The notes: generated by a model from the letters alone, not told the origin. DNA of 64,000 bases from Perkinsus chesapeaki ATCC PRA-425 (GCA_013115145.1 JAAPAO010000002.1:198042-262041); one strand, 5' to 3'. Positions 1 through 13,589 are shown, counted from the stretch's first letter. Made by a program: numbers and translations.

Positions 1-204
1 CTCCTTCGTGTCCGGGAAAACAACATCGAGCATCTCTAGTTGATGACAGTTGGTGATCTCAGGTGCAGTAGAAATGGAGCACACCTAAGCACGCAGGCCG
101 CAGCTGCATTTTTGGAGGGCGCCAAACTACCTCGTATTGTTCAACACTGTCGTTAAGTAGCGGCTCCTTCAGATCCATGGGTCCTGTGATTGGTGGACCC
201 GAGT

Positions 205-1159
205 TCAGGATAGCCAATACTTCTGCAACAACGAACGGCTTTCCGCAGGAGCTCGCCTTCTACACGAGGCCTTACCCCGTTCTGCCCTGTGCCTTTCCGT
301 AACATTCAAGGTAGGCTTCAAGTCCGTCACCACTTTCAGTATTCGGACAAGCTGCTCCTCTCGTACTCGTTGCGTTTCTCTGTCAAACAAAGTAGAAATG
401 AATATGGGGTGTTGAAGCTCTATAGTACCGTGCTGTAGATAAAAGATGTTCAAGCTTTGTAACCTTATCAGCGAGCCTACAGTATTCTACGTAATTGTCG
501 TCAACCTAATGGATACCCATTAGTTCATTGCATGTAGGAGATATACTGACTTCAGGGATAAGCTGCCTACATCCATGCCTTAGTTTACTTTCTTCGAGCT
601 TCTGCAGGAGCATTTCGTTTCGTATCCGCAACCTGACAGATGCTGTTGGTTAGTAGATGCCAAATTTAAGGGGCATCGGAGGGTGCTCAGGAGTCATGAT
701 GGGGAGCCGTACTGTAATCGAACCCGCTATCCCTATATAGTGTATTGGGAATTGCAATGTCACTGCAAGGAACTGCAGGCAGACGACACAGGCTGCCCTG
801 AACTGGCAGCTGGCTTACTCGCCATTGTAGCGCTGCAGTGCCATGCACTCTCTCATTATTTCATCACTGTCCATGCAGTACTCCTCTTCTGAACAGTCAC
901 TGCCAAACTTGGGTGTTGAAACCAGTCGTTTCAATTTCGCATCTGTCATCATCGAAAATCCTTTCCGGGTCAACGGGCCGGAACAAGGAACACGTGGAAA
1001 TAACGGGGATACTTTTGCCACAAAACATTTCTTACAGCCCTCTGGGAAAAGGTTCTCAAATCTGTTACCCCTCTTACCGTTACGTTGGTCACAGAATAGG
1101 CCAGCACGCAAATCTTGAGAAGCAGCGTTAAGTAATTGCAAGACCTCTAAGTCGCTCAA
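205..1159 (-). CDS. hypothetical protein, probably multi-exon and possibly truncated at the window start
   Basis: Two open minus-strand ORFs (815-1159, 205-453) separated by intron-like sequence; no recognisable motif. Confidence 0.3.
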
Positions 1160-1207
1160 GATTCATCAGTCTTCTTCATCGAATTGTACCGTCGACGTGC
1201 TTTTACA

Positions 1208-2028
1208 ATGGCTCTTCGAGGCGCTGCCTTACTTCGCCGTTCCAGATATCTTATGGAGCAGGTGAGCGTCTGTGCGCTTCGGGTATAGGTGTATCACCCT
1301 CTATCATAGTCTTTGGCTATTTTCGGCCTTTGGAGTCGCTTCGATCAGGTCCCTGATGTCTTTGCGACATTCGGGTGGGAGAGGCGTTTAACCGTTATCC
1401 ACCACCCTGGTGTGATGGCTATCTCTAAGCTCCTAGATCAAAGAACCATCGTTAGACCAAGAGCGACCTTCAACCAGGTATGCCCCGGCAATGGTGTTCT
1501 TCAGTAACTACTGTACATCAGGAGCTCGTGGAAGAAATCGGAGATTATGATGAGGACCTCCAGAGGAAGGCTCAGGTGGGCGCTTCAGGTTAGAACGTCT
1601 TTTCACTCTTTTCTTTGAATAGGTTGCTCTTGACCACGGGCTGGCGATAGAGTGGCGCGTGCTCGATTTCATCGATGATGAGCTGCCTCGCCTTCTTGCC
1701 GAGAAAAAAGAGATTGAGAAGGCCCGAGAACAGGTACCCAAAGAGGCTAACTTCTGCTTTCATCTCTGCTTGCTGGACAGGTCATGAGCAAGGCACCCGG
1801 CGATTACACTCAACCCGTCTTCGACTCTACTGTGGTCGTCCCGACCCCGGCGAATCTTGGCCGTAACTACCCGACACTCAACGTGCCTGATGGAGATCCG
1901 ACCGAGACCGCCCCTTTGAACGTCGGTGAGCAAGGCAAACCAGAGGTACACCCGTTAGCTCGATATTCAACACGTCAATTGCTTGATTCTCAGGTTACAG
2001 CATAAAGATGAACACTTTTCACATTTGA
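1208..2028 (+). CDS. putative mitochondrial protein of about 190 aa, possibly a myzozoan-specific respiratory-complex subunit
   Basis: Six exons join in frame at GT-AG sites: MALRGAALLRRSRYLMEQ|SLAIFGLWSRFDQVPDVFATFGWERRLTVIHHPGVMAISKLLDQRTIVRPRATFNQ|ELVEEIGDYDEDLQRKAQ|VALDHGLAIEWRVLDFIDDELPRLLAEKKEIEKAREQ|VMSKAPGDY...PLNV|GYSIKMNTFHI*. The N-terminus is Arg-rich and lacks acidic residues, like a presequence. Confidence 0.6.
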
Positions 2029-2308
2029 TATCCCAATCGTACAGGCCGTGCCTATATGGCTAGGCCAATATAAGATGAAGGTTCAGTAGAATTTTGACAG
2101 TGGCGCTGGATGGACTTTTGCCTTATTTGTTAATAAATCGCAGAGTTGCGTTGGGGAGTAGTATCAAATATCCAGAAGCATAAGGCCAGTCGATTACCCT
2201 CCGTTCAGAAAGGATAGGAAAGTACGCTTCGGCGGTTGTCTAGTCGACCCAGTAGGCTACGCGCGAGCGTTATTGGGAATCGGGATGCGCTGACAGTTTG
2301 AGTTTTAA

Positions 2309-4481
2309 ATGAGTTTGAGTTTGCAGCGGAGCAAGCGTCAGTCGAATGTGTCCTCCAGCTCGCAGTCACCCACACCAGGATCAGCTCAGCGTCGAGGAGG
2401 GAGTTCTGGCGGTCTCTTTAGCAGACTGGGGAACTACTTGACCGGTGGGGCTAGCAGCCACCATTTAGCAGCGGAAGCCACTGCCAGTCGGCCCGCCAAG
2501 ATGCTGACCCGCTCGGGCACGGGCTCGCTGGTAAGTGATATTGGTGTGCTCTTGAAAACTGCTATTGCTCAGGCGTTCCCATCAGACTCTGAGATGGGCA
2601 GCAAATTGCCGTCTGCTGGAAGCAATCCGGTCAGGGTAGTACTCGGGGGTTATGAGGGCGAAAGCCATGGGAGTTTGATGCAGATATCGAAACTACGGCG
2701 TTTGATGGATAGCGACCAGGTGGATCTGGATGAGCTCAAGAAGCTCCTGTGGTCGGGCTGCCCCTTTGACTCTGATTTTGATGTACTATACAGGACATTA
2801 CTGCGCATCTTGTTTCCGGGGTATGTTTTGTACCCTTCAAAAGGTACGAGTGAAAGCGTGGAAACTAGCATTAGGATATTTGCCGCCCAGGAAAGACCGG
2901 CAGAAAAGTACAATAGAACGCAAAAGGCGAGAGTATAAGGTACAGCGGAGGAGCTACGCATATGCCCTGTGGATCTCCAATACTTAGACTTTAACAAAAG
3001 AGTTTGCTGACATGTTTTCATTGTCTACGGATGACATGCAACCTGCCTCGGCGACTGCGGCACAGCAACAGCAGTACGCATCTTTGCGGCAAATACGGGT
3101 AATGTAGGCCGAGCAGGCAGGTTAGTAGAGACCCTTGGCGCTGGATAGGCTAGCTCTCGCGAGTCACGTGGTTGGAGAATTCGTTTTCAGGTGGATATAC
3201 CTCGAACGTTCTCAGAGCTGGACATTTTCTCATCTGAGCGGATACAGAAGATGATGGAACGCATATTATATATCTGGGCAGTTCGGAACCCGGCATCTGG
3301 CTACGTACAGGTAGCTCTTCGAGGCTCTCCTTTACTCTTGATGCTACTCTGATCGATGTTACATAAGCACTAGTCGTAGTTATATTCGCAGTACCTGTAG
3401 GCTTTGCGAATCACTTGACGCGTGTGAGCGTATGTTTTGTATTTTTTCAGGGTATCAATGATTTGCTCACGCCGTTCGTCGTGATACTACTCCAAGCCAA
3501 GGTCGGGATGCCAATAAAAGATATAGAAGTTGATGATGAGAAAATACTGAGCGACGCTGACCTCGCGGAGGTTGAGTCGGACGCGTACTGGATGCTCTCA
3601 CGGGTATCTGCTGAGGCTCCATGACGGAAGGTCACAGTTCGGCGCTGTTAGGTACTATCGGACATACAAGATCACTACACCTTTGGGCAGCCGGGTATAC
3701 AGCGTTTGATTTTGCGGTTGAAGGACATTGTCAAACGCGTTGACGAGAAGTTAGCCCACCACTTGGAGGATGAGATGGTAGTGCCATCATTCCAAGGGCT
3801 CCCCGGACAGGTTTCCCTTTTTAGATTGACTACTTACAAATAGCGTTCCGATGGTTCAACTGCTTGATGCTTCGAGAGCTGCCGTTACAATGTGAGAGAG
3901 GATCCTCCTAAGCAACAACCTTTCCTGTTATGACTTCGCTAACCCGAGCACATTTACTGTGAAAAATTCTTTGAATTCAAAAGATTTAAATTGGGCATGA
4001 CAAAATCATATTTCCACGAAGTGGTTTATTTTTGTAATTGGGGTCTTTTTTCACCGTTTGACCTGAAACTTGTTGACTTGGTATGTTAGCAATATTCGGA
4101 AGAGGATGATTATTTCTTAAGTGTCTACTAGACTACTGCCGCTCTCCACGTTACTGTAGGCACTCTGCGGCTGTGGGACACATGCATAGCTGAAAATGAT
4201 GGGTTTTCAACTTACATGGTTTACATATGCGCAGCCTTCCTAGTCCATTGGGGACCGCAGCTGGAGCAGATGGATTTCTCAGAGATCATGCTATTCGTAG
4301 GGCATGCTTAGTGCGCCGAAGATACACTTTTCTCTATTTCCAGTTCCAAAAGGCGCCGACTTCGCGATGGACAGAAGCCGACATTGAGACGCTGCTGGCT
4401 GAAGCTTTCGTTCTGAAGTCGTTGTTCGATAATGCACCAAGTCATCTCCAAAATCAGGACTCCACGATTAATCCTGTATAA
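2309..4481 (+). CDS. TBC1D22: TBC-domain Rab GTPase-activating protein (TBC1D22/GYP1 family)
   Basis: Spliced motifs LDELKKLLWSGCP, WKLALGYLP, QIRVDIPRT (Arg finger), YVQGINDLLTPF (Gln finger), EVESDAYW, DHYTFGQPGIQ, FRWFNCLMLRE, TLRLWDT, and LAEAFVLKSLF at the C-terminus. Confidence 0.93.
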
Positions 4482-4722
4482 TAGATGCATTTCATCGACA
4501 GTTCAAGTTAGTAGCTTGAAGTAGTTACCATTGTGTTTGAGGGACTACCGCAGTCGTGGTTATTATGACCTTCTCGATAGTCCATATCACTGTTATATAC
4601 TTTAACCATTCATTCCGTTACGGAGCTCCGTTCTTTAGTAGTCAATTCGGCCACGAGGTATTCCAGGAGTACAAGAGTAACCTGTTCCTGAGGGGGTGAT
4701 AGATGAGCATGCTATTGGCTGA

Positions 4723-7700
4723 TCTGTTTTGGGTGCGACTGAAAAATGCCCCCTACACCGCCGAGAAGTGCCAGTCGGACAGGCTGGTCCGTGTCGGTTG
4801 CTCCTTCAAGGTCCTTTGGAGAGGGTACGAACTGTACTGTTCAAATCCGAGGCTGTACTTGCATAACTTTTTTCAGAATCTGCTAATGAGGATTTCGGAC
4901 TTGTAGACGCTTTCACGGGACTAGACGATACTGACACGCTCGCCTCCGAAACCGCAGCCGTAACATAATAATGCCTCTTACTTGCTTGCTATCAAGAGTT
5001 TAAAGTTTCAGGGTGATGCTATGGTCCGTCGGAGACTCCGAGTGAGAACAACAAGCATTCCTGGTGGTCGGGTACTACCATTTATCACTTGAAACTCCGG
5101 CACACTTACAAATATAGATTGACGTATCCGCTTTAAGACAACCACAAGGGGATCGCGCGAGTCTAGGCCAGGCTGCCACTTTGAATGGTAGCACAATGCG
5201 GTACGCCAATAGCAGTATGTTACTGGTAAACCCATTATTGCCTTCGCTGGACAGAGCAGACTCCCTCAGGCACGCAGTAATGTCCTGCAAGTAGAAGTCT
5301 ATGGGGGTCAGTGGGTAACGAATGAGTGATCTACAGATGCAGATACTTCTGTCAGAATATTCCTCTCCCTTCTGCTAGCGCAGTGGTGCAGTTCGTGGTC
5401 GTCGCGGTCTGCATCACCTCACAGTTTATTCTCTTCGATGACAGTGTGTACGGACAGCTCGCAGTGTGGTATTCATGATTGTCCGCAGTTACCAGCTGCT
5501 TATGCTAGCCGTGTGTTTGGGCGTCCAGGCTGTGATGCTCTTCTTCTTACACAGTGTTCTCCACTTGCGACAACAAGCTGCTGCCAGGTGCTCATCTGTG
5601 GATGCTCACAATCCATCTTATACTGGGGTTGTTAAGATACTCGACTCTGCACGGTATCGGAAAAGAGCAGGAACATTTTGGACGACCAAAAAGTAAAGTT
5701 ATTAGTAGAGCTCTGCACGCCGTATGTTTCAGTTCGTGGCCAAAAAGCCTCTTCGCGACGATACTACGTAAGCTCAGTCGGCAAATAGTGTGATTTGCTC
5801 TCTGTAATTGTCAGGACCCTCCGCGCTCGAGATCCCAGCAGTGGAATCCCTTCTTTGAGGGGCATGGTCCGCCCTTCTCGGCAGTCTGTATTATTACAAT
5901 TGCTTGATTCTTAGCTGACTCTTTCCGAACACTTGGTGGTAGCAACTGGCGAGGTATTTGGTCCGAGTTTATGTCCCTTGTTACTTCTGGGAATTTGATA
6001 GAGATACTGAGTGTACTGGACCACACGTGTACCTCTCTAAGAATCCCCTGCTGGTTCTCAGGCGTTGGTAGAGTCTAAGGCCTTCCTGTTACAGCGGCTT
6101 CTCATTACAGTGTGCTGGTGCGCTCTTTACGTGCAGTTCACGAAGTATCTTTATAGGGATGAGGTGCCTCCTGCTACCATTATACTCCATATCCACCTTG
6201 TTTTGCTGCAGGTATGTGATCGCGATAGTTATGAGACCACCTTTATTCATGACTTAATAGGCTACGAATGGAGATGCAAGTGGCTGACAGACAAGGTAGC
6301 GGAGTCGTCTTGCTTGAGTAGGTCTATTGCAGATACCAGCTTGGCATACACCCGTCGAGAGGGTTTTCTTATGGATTGTCAACATGGACTTCTGCTTATC
6401 ACTGATTACTGCCAGGGAGAAGATCAAATGGATGAAGGTTTGTTGTTTTACTTCGAAGGATTTCGGAGGTCATCTTGTAGCGCCTTTCCACGGTTCTGGA
6501 CATTTTCACCATGCCCCCATTCATGCTTTTAGTGCAGTGGGGTCTCGCGATCAACCCTGAGGATTATCTATCACTGTGAGCTCCTCATCTAGCTCTACTC
6601 CAACGTTTTCGAGAATAATGACAGGTATGGCTACATGAGGTTTATGCGTCTCTATGGACTCCACCGCACTCTGGCAAGAATAGCAACTTCAACCTCCAAG
6701 ATTACTCTCAAGATCGTCTCGATCTCCCTCGGCGTGCTAGGCATTATTTTCACCTTCTCTGGTGCTATGTTCAATGAAGAAGCCCCAGCTGGAGTCAAAG
6801 GATCGGAGTTCGACTCGTACCTCCACATGAGCCTCTCTTATCCCAGCAATGTGGTTCAGATTCGCAGACTATGTATACTTCTTCGTCGTCACGCTGTCCA
6901 CTGTCGGCTACGGTGATTTCGCCCCAGGTAAGGTGCCGCCAGTAGCCATTGGTCGACAGCAGGCTTGCCGAATGCGTGACCCACCAGTGTGCAATCCTTA
7001 GTAACTGGTTTTGGCCGTCTACTATGTATTAATGCAATCGGTATAGTGGTTATATTTATTCCTGCCCAAATTCGTGAACTAGGATACCTAATACGTCAGC
7101 CTCGAGGACAGATAGGTAATCCAGATAGCGCTTCCGGAAATCCGAACCGTGGGGCAGGCTGTCTACCGTAGGTGTTATCCCATCGCGGAAGACCCTGGGT
7201 GTCGACGGCAAGTTCGTGCTTGTACTAGCCGGAGGGCTTTCTGCTGACGAGCTGGACACGTTTATTTGGGAGCTTGCGCATGGCCGTAGGCGGAGCGCTC
7301 TCTTTCTCTCGCGAGACCCAGATGGCAATGATTGACCGGCCAGATACGCTTTATTGTCATCACGTCGTAGTTTATACAACAACACCTGTTAAGGAATTTG
7401 AAGAGGTCGTCCTGGATTCCTTGTCAAAGTTTGGTAGCTCTCCACTTTACGACACTCATTACCTCGGTCTCAGGAATACGCTTATGCATCAAGGCAGGGG
7501 ACACTGCCAGCGGTGTATCGCAAGAGTTGTGCAAGCTTCGCTGGAATGCTGTTGGTGCAGTTTTCGTTCTAAGCGATCGCCGTTGTGGTAGAGAGGACTC
7601 CCAAGTCAGTCTGGCGACACAGTACGTCGCATATTGTGAGATACTGCTTTTAGAATGCGACCCCTCCAACTGCCGAAAAGGTCGCGGAAGATTATCGAAG

Positions 7701-10700
7701 CGTTGTGAGATGTCTACATGCTCGGAAGTTCTGGAATCAAATGTTCGCCCTTTCTTGTCATCTCTTAACAGCGAGTAGGATTGCATCCTTCTGCTCTTGC
7801 AATGTAGCGGGGTATTACTGAGGACAATTTTCAGCCGCATCTAGGCAAATCCTAGATATGGGAGCCGAGCAGGTGACCAGTAGGCACGATCTCATGCTGA
7901 AAATAATGGCTAAGAACTGTTGTGGATGCCCTGGGTGAGGCAAACATTTCCCGACTAAGTGTCAATGGATTTTCAGGTTTACCACGCTGTTCTGCAACCT
8001 ATTCAAGTCTCTTGCTCTCCCAGTAGGGGTGCCATCCCACAAGGTGCTAAGCGAACTACCGTGGGTAGTTAAGTGGCAAAAGTCCGTAGCTATAAGCCGC
8101 TTGTTCATTCCTTTCCGGTGTAGTATTGTAGGACTCAGGTATGAGGCGGACATTCGAGCCAATGTTCCAGGCAAACCCCTCCGGTCACCATTGTTCCCAG
8201 GCTTCAAAGAGTGAGTTCACTTGCAGTATACTGTGCTACAAACGAAACTCGAGGTATCTCCACGGTGCATTCATGTGTGTTTATCGCATAAATTGCCCGC
8301 CGTTTGTGGTCATGGCTATGCAGTCCTATAAGTACGAGGAGCTGGTTCTGCTTATGGCCGAGTTTTCACGGGTTTGTGTGCTCGGGATTGACCGGATGAA
8401 CTCCGGAGGTTATTCCCAGAACTCCGCTCTGCAGTTACCAGTCTCCGTTTAGGGCAAATGTTACTTAATCCTCTTGGCTATGAACCAAGGACCACTGATG
8501 GACTGATCATTCTCACATCAAGCGCGAAGAAGGCGATTGAGATCCAGGCGTGGGGTGAGCATAGAGGCCATCTGCTCAGCCATAAACCTCAAATACAAAC
8601 ATAATACTGGATTTAGAAAGTCCTCCTTGGAGCGAGTTAGATCGAGACCGAATTAGACTATTCCTACCGGCTTTCGCTCGTCGGCAACAGACAGGCGATA
8701 ACGTGACAGGGTAGCTCTTCTCCTCGCTCTCTACTCAAAAGGGTGTATGGCTACTTTCAGCGGGTCGGGCAGCCGAATATTGCGCAACAGCACCCTTGAA
8801 TCTGATGAAGTAAGTGATTAGTGTACTAGAAGGGTAGAATTCCGTTTGTTATCAGGCTCGCTCACGATCTCCGGAGAGGCATCATTCGGACACGGCTAGC
8901 CTTCGTAAGCGTGCGGTGGGGGTTCTCGGTATGCATCCCTCAGGTGGGAACCGAAACCTCGTACTCGAGACTGGTAGAGATGGCCCTATTCGATTCCCGT
9001 AAGCATACTGGAACATCGTGTTCCATCCTGAATTGACATCTCTTAGGATCCCAGGGGTACCTGAAAGCGTCTCTGAAGCCTCAGAGGCAGAGACTGAAGG
9101 GAAAACAAGAAGACGATCGGTGAGAGGGTCGAGAGGCGTTCCAAAAATTTTCGCCTTCATGCAGGCTAGCGCGGGAGCTGCAGTCACAAGGGATATGACA
9201 GAACGGCTCTCTGAAATGGGTGAACGAGATGACATGTCTTTACTGAGGAACTCCATGTTGCTGCAGGTCTTATGGATGACCATCCCGGCGCTTCTAGAGG
9301 CACCAACAAGATGAGGGGTATATTGAGCGATTTTTTGCCAAGTTTCCCGATCGTGTTGTAGGCCTTGTGAGGCAGAATACAGTCTTCACTACAGGCAGGA
9401 GAGCAATGAAGGCCGTCAGGTCGATTGGGAGCGTAAGTGATGCTTTTGACCAGTGTTCGAGTACGCATCAGATATTTGGTTCATCACCACACTCTACTTC
9501 GGGATCATCATCCAGACGACCCTCGCGACCAGACGGTGGGTGGAGTCGACATTGGCTAAGCGCAAGTCAGCTCGATTTTCTCAGGTGGTATATCGCCCTC
9601 TAGAGCCTTCCGAAGTGAGTTCCGCGTACTAGGCGGGAGCAGCAACCTTTCAGGCTCTATCGTTAAGCAGTCGCGGGACGGTCAATCTACGGGCCCATTC
9701 CCCTCCCGAGCGTCCATTGACAGAAGTTCTGGTGGAGGGGATCGTGCGGGGGATAGCGACCCTAGAAGAAGTGTAATTTCGCTTGCGTTTATTACGAGGA
9801 TTCGATACCGTATTTCAGTTCGTTATGGGCGCCACCAGACTGAGATTGCAGCCTACCGCGAAGGTTGACGAATCACGTATTATTTTCGATGACTTCCTTT
9901 TGGCATTTCCCGAGCTGTCCGACTCGCCGGAGTTCCGAGCAGGAAAAAGTCGAGAGTACGCATTACAGATGACCAGCATCTACCTGAACTATCCCTGCTC
10001 AGTCCCTGGCGGAACACGTCTGAGGCTTCTAACCCTTCAGTATTGCCTACGAAAAGGCCGAGCTTTGTCGTTGTAGTCGGTTGGCCCAGCGGCCTGCCAT
10101 CGTTCCTAAGAATACTCTTCAGTAACTTGAGCCCGTATCCTACATGATGCTGAATTCGCTTTAGATAGCAAAAAGGGTTCCAACCTGAGATGTGTGGTTT
10201 TATCTCCGACGCCGGGCGGAGGAGCTACAGGAGAGATTTACGAATTCGCGGGAAAAGTTGCCTGGGTGAAGCGCAGCATAAGCATCAACACTGTCAAGCG
10301 GAGTTTATTTAGGTTGTAGGCAGCCCCACGTCGCGCGAGGATCTCGCCCGTGCCGGCGTTGGAGCTGCTGATGTAGTCGTTGTTCTCACCAGCCTCTCGT
10401 GCTCGAATAATCGCCATGGTAGATGAAGCGGAGACTGCGTAAAAATGATATGGCAACGAGGTTATTTTGTCAGATTGCCCTTTGATGACAGATTCTAAAG
10501 GAGCCAGTATTGTCTTTGTGTAGGGGTCTTGTAGCCTCTATCTCAGGCACAAGCAAGTACTCCACACCTCAAGACTTCATCTCAGTGCTCACTACACATG
10601 AAATAAGACACGTTAAAGACAAAGTGAAGTAGGGGAGCACTGTTCCAATATGGATCAGCAGCTCTTCTCGGACAGGAGCTCCGGGCGGTGTAGCTCCGAG

Positions 10701-11728
10701 AACTTGGATGCGAGTCTAGACGGCACGGCGAGGCGATGCTCGGTCGCGTCAATGTTCAGCGAAGACGGTACTGAGAAGGTTAGAGTTAGCCGCGTAAGAA
10801 GTTCCATGGCTCTGGCAATTTCGGCACGGCCTTCCATCTCAGTCGATAATAACATGCTTACACGACGTCACATCTTTGCCATTCGTGGACAAGAGTACAT
10901 GGTGGCCTTCCGACGGGGTCAAGTAATTTTTTGCATGCCGACCATTGCTACGATTTTCTTCAGGAGCAATCTTTTTCACCTGGACTCTCCCGAGTTTGCC
11001 ATGGGAAACGTGGTTTCCGAATCCATTCTATTTCCAGCTATCTGCAGGTATCCTTGGCGGCATTTCCACGTTGTGTTATGCATATTCGGCAGGTCGCCAG
11101 TTCTTTCTGACATACTCGTCGACGCTGAAATCCTCGCGTCTCTTATGATCGACGGAGGTATGGCAGTGTGAGCGAACCCATAAGCCCTTCATCAGGGAAG
11201 GATTTCTACGGCGACCAACCGAGCAGGGAAATCCAACCTTGCGTCGAGTTAGTCGAGATCAGCGAAACCTGGATCAACGAGCGTCTTGTGAGCGAACGCC
11301 ATCATTTGAGCGGAAGCCCAACTTTTCAGGAAGCATTCTTCGCCAAGAACAATATACCGCGCGAAACGCGCGAGCAAATCATTGCAACGAGCGACCCACT
11401 GCGAGCTGCAGGAGCGACCTTTGGTGACCTCCTGAAACACCTGGTTAGCGGCGGGTAATCACGGCAATGCCGCATAGTATTATTGGTAGCATCAGATGCG
11501 TACCCCTCGGGTTATATCGGAATCAACCTCACGGCGCCAAGGATCTGCCGTTAGTGGGCGATCCAAATTCAGCGAGGTCTGTCAATCCAGAGTGAGTCTC
11601 GGCCTATTGACTACGTGGAACCGAGTTACTTCAGATCATACGTGTTCACATTCCCACCGATGTCCACAATATTAAATTCGGATGATCGAGTGTTTATCAT
11701 TACATGTCCATCCAAGTTTCATGAATAG
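4723..11728 (+). CDS. Slo/BK-type (calcium-activated-like) potassium channel with two RCK domains; 5' exons (4723-5700) are uncertain
   Basis: Pore exon DYVYFFVVTLSTVGYGDFAP (about 6868-6930). Flanking TM helices KIVSISLGVLGIIFTFSGAMF and GRLLCINAIGIVVIFIP. RCK2 motifs GSPTSREDLARAGVGAADVVVVL (about 10318-10390), PEFAMGNVV, ATFGDLL, PLGLYR and a C-terminal SYVFTFPPMSTILNSDDRVFII, all matching Slo-family order. Confidence 0.85.
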
Positions 11729-12225
11729 TTTGCCGTTGCTGAACTTATATATGAAGTGTCGTGAAAAGGATTGAGTGTTGTATTTAAGATAATGCAAGTG
11801 TTTCGTTCGTTCAGCACACAGCCGATAAGATCGGTTTCACCAAAAGTTAACTTATTGACCTTGAACCCCGAAACCAAGCGTAGAAAGCCCCTTATGTGTA
11901 ATGATGTGCATCTGCGCCTTATCTCTGTTTTATACGAACGTGTGTTACCGGATATGCTCATCTTGCTACGATGAAACTCAAGTGGCGGAGTACTTCAATG
12001 AGAAACACTTGAATGAACAGTAATTTACATCATATCCAAAGTCGATTGGATAACTCCAGATGTGTATCTACAAAACGGAGATTCACTAAGAGACGACTGC
12101 ACTTTTTTCTACTCTTTTTCCTTTTCATCCTCCGGCGTGATGGCTAACTTCGCAAATTGCATGAGGGCCCGACCTTCGGGAGGGGCAAGCATATAGCGAG
12201 AAACATCGCACGTGAGGTGAAGTAG

Positions 12226-13464
12226 CTAAGATCCAGGTGTAATGTCAGACACTCCGGAATAGTGGCTCACTAAACGCTGGTGTTGTCGAGCCGCTTCCTC
12301 TCTCTTCTCTGCCCATGCTTTGAACTCTTCCAATCTGCCAGACTGGTCAACATCGGGCTTCTCTAAAGGACCGTCGGCCGGTCCCAAACCACGCAGCTGA
12401 GTGTCGAATAGTTGCGCAGCGGCTTCATGGTTTGCCATGGCTTGTGGGGAGAACGAGCGAGACCCAGCCATCAGACGAGATATGTACCTGTATAGATATT
12501 CGCTTCTAGACTGCTATGCTCCACCCACTGATTACGTCTGCAGAACTGCGCCACTCTTGCCGAGCATGATTCGCGACGGGTAAGAACGGCCCAAGAGTTG
12601 ATAATCTCTTGTGGGGGCGGGACAGGCATCGCCAAACGAAAGCGATGTGCGGCACATTTTGATGACTGCGGGCAAAGCGACATATACACTCCGTGAGTAG
12701 CAAAATATTCATATCACCTTGCTGGATTCGGTTGTAATGCTCCTTGCAAATTGGCAACCAGAACTTCTCACCTTCCGACTCGAGGATTTCGTGAATGAGC
12801 TCAGGCTTACACATAGCCATTCCAGAAGCTGAAGAGAACAAACGTGCGAGTGCATTGGAGACCTTGTCGATTGAGAACCGGTCAACTACAAAATCTTGCC
12901 ACCTGAGGTGTTAGCCTCTCTCTCTTCCTCAGTTAATCCTTGATCGAAACCTTCACCATCCATGGCTAGTTTAATAGCCTCTTGCCTTTCGGCTGATGAG
13001 AACCTAAGCGGAGATACCCCGAAACAGACCAAGGCTGAGCAAGCTAACGCCACTGAGATAAACGCGTTCCGATGCCCCACAAGTTGCATGTCACAACTAG
13101 CAATCATTTCACCCCGCGCATTCCAGTGAAGCCCAGATATTACCGGTAGATAAGATACGCCCTCTCACTGGCTTGTTTGGCCATAAACTCCTCGACGCCC
13201 ATATTGAGACGCTTAGCTTGGGGCTCTGCAAGCTTGGCAGCTCCCGTGATATCCCCTGAAGATTCGGTACCCCTCTGCATCCTATTTGTTCTCAATACCT
13301 TCCATCATCAGTTGGAAAAAGTTCTGCGCGGTTTCCATCTCTTCCTGAGTATAAAACCTCGGTGCTGAGGTGCTTAAGGTCCTAATACTGTTGCCGAGGG
13401 CCACAGCGGCTCTGCTAGGAATGCTAAGACCCACAGCTCGAGCTGACAGTGAGCTGACTGACAT
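12226..13464 (-). CDS. putative mitochondrial protein of unknown function, about 330 aa
   Basis: Ser/Arg/Ala-rich presequence-like start MSVSSLSARAVGLSIPSRAAVALGNSIRTLSTSAPRF. Downstream exons splice in frame at GT-AG sites (DITGAAKLAEPQAKRL; EMIASCDMQLVGHRNAF; KFWLPICKEHYNRIQQ|VIKMCRTSL; TYISRLMAGSRSF...PGS*). Confidence 0.6.
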
Positions 13465-13589
13465 GCTGATGGCGAAGGGAAGCTGGACAGTACTGAGAAA
13501 ACAGTCGAGCGCTGTGTGCTAACGCGGGGGCAGTTTAACACAATGACGCCTTTCGCAGAAACAATACTCATGAAATCCTCATAAATTGT

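Noticed and set aside
10238-10456. Minus-strand 72-aa ORF that appears to split the K+ channel locus
   Set aside because: The plus strand here encodes the RCK2 motif GSPTSREDLARAGVGAADVVVVL, so it is a channel exon.
12163-12190. Small hairpin GCCCGACC-TTCG-GGAGGGGC (UUCG loop) between convergent genes
   Set aside because: Too short to support an ncRNA or SECIS call. It lacks the SECIS quartet and AA spacing, and no in-frame UGA was seen in the flanking genes.
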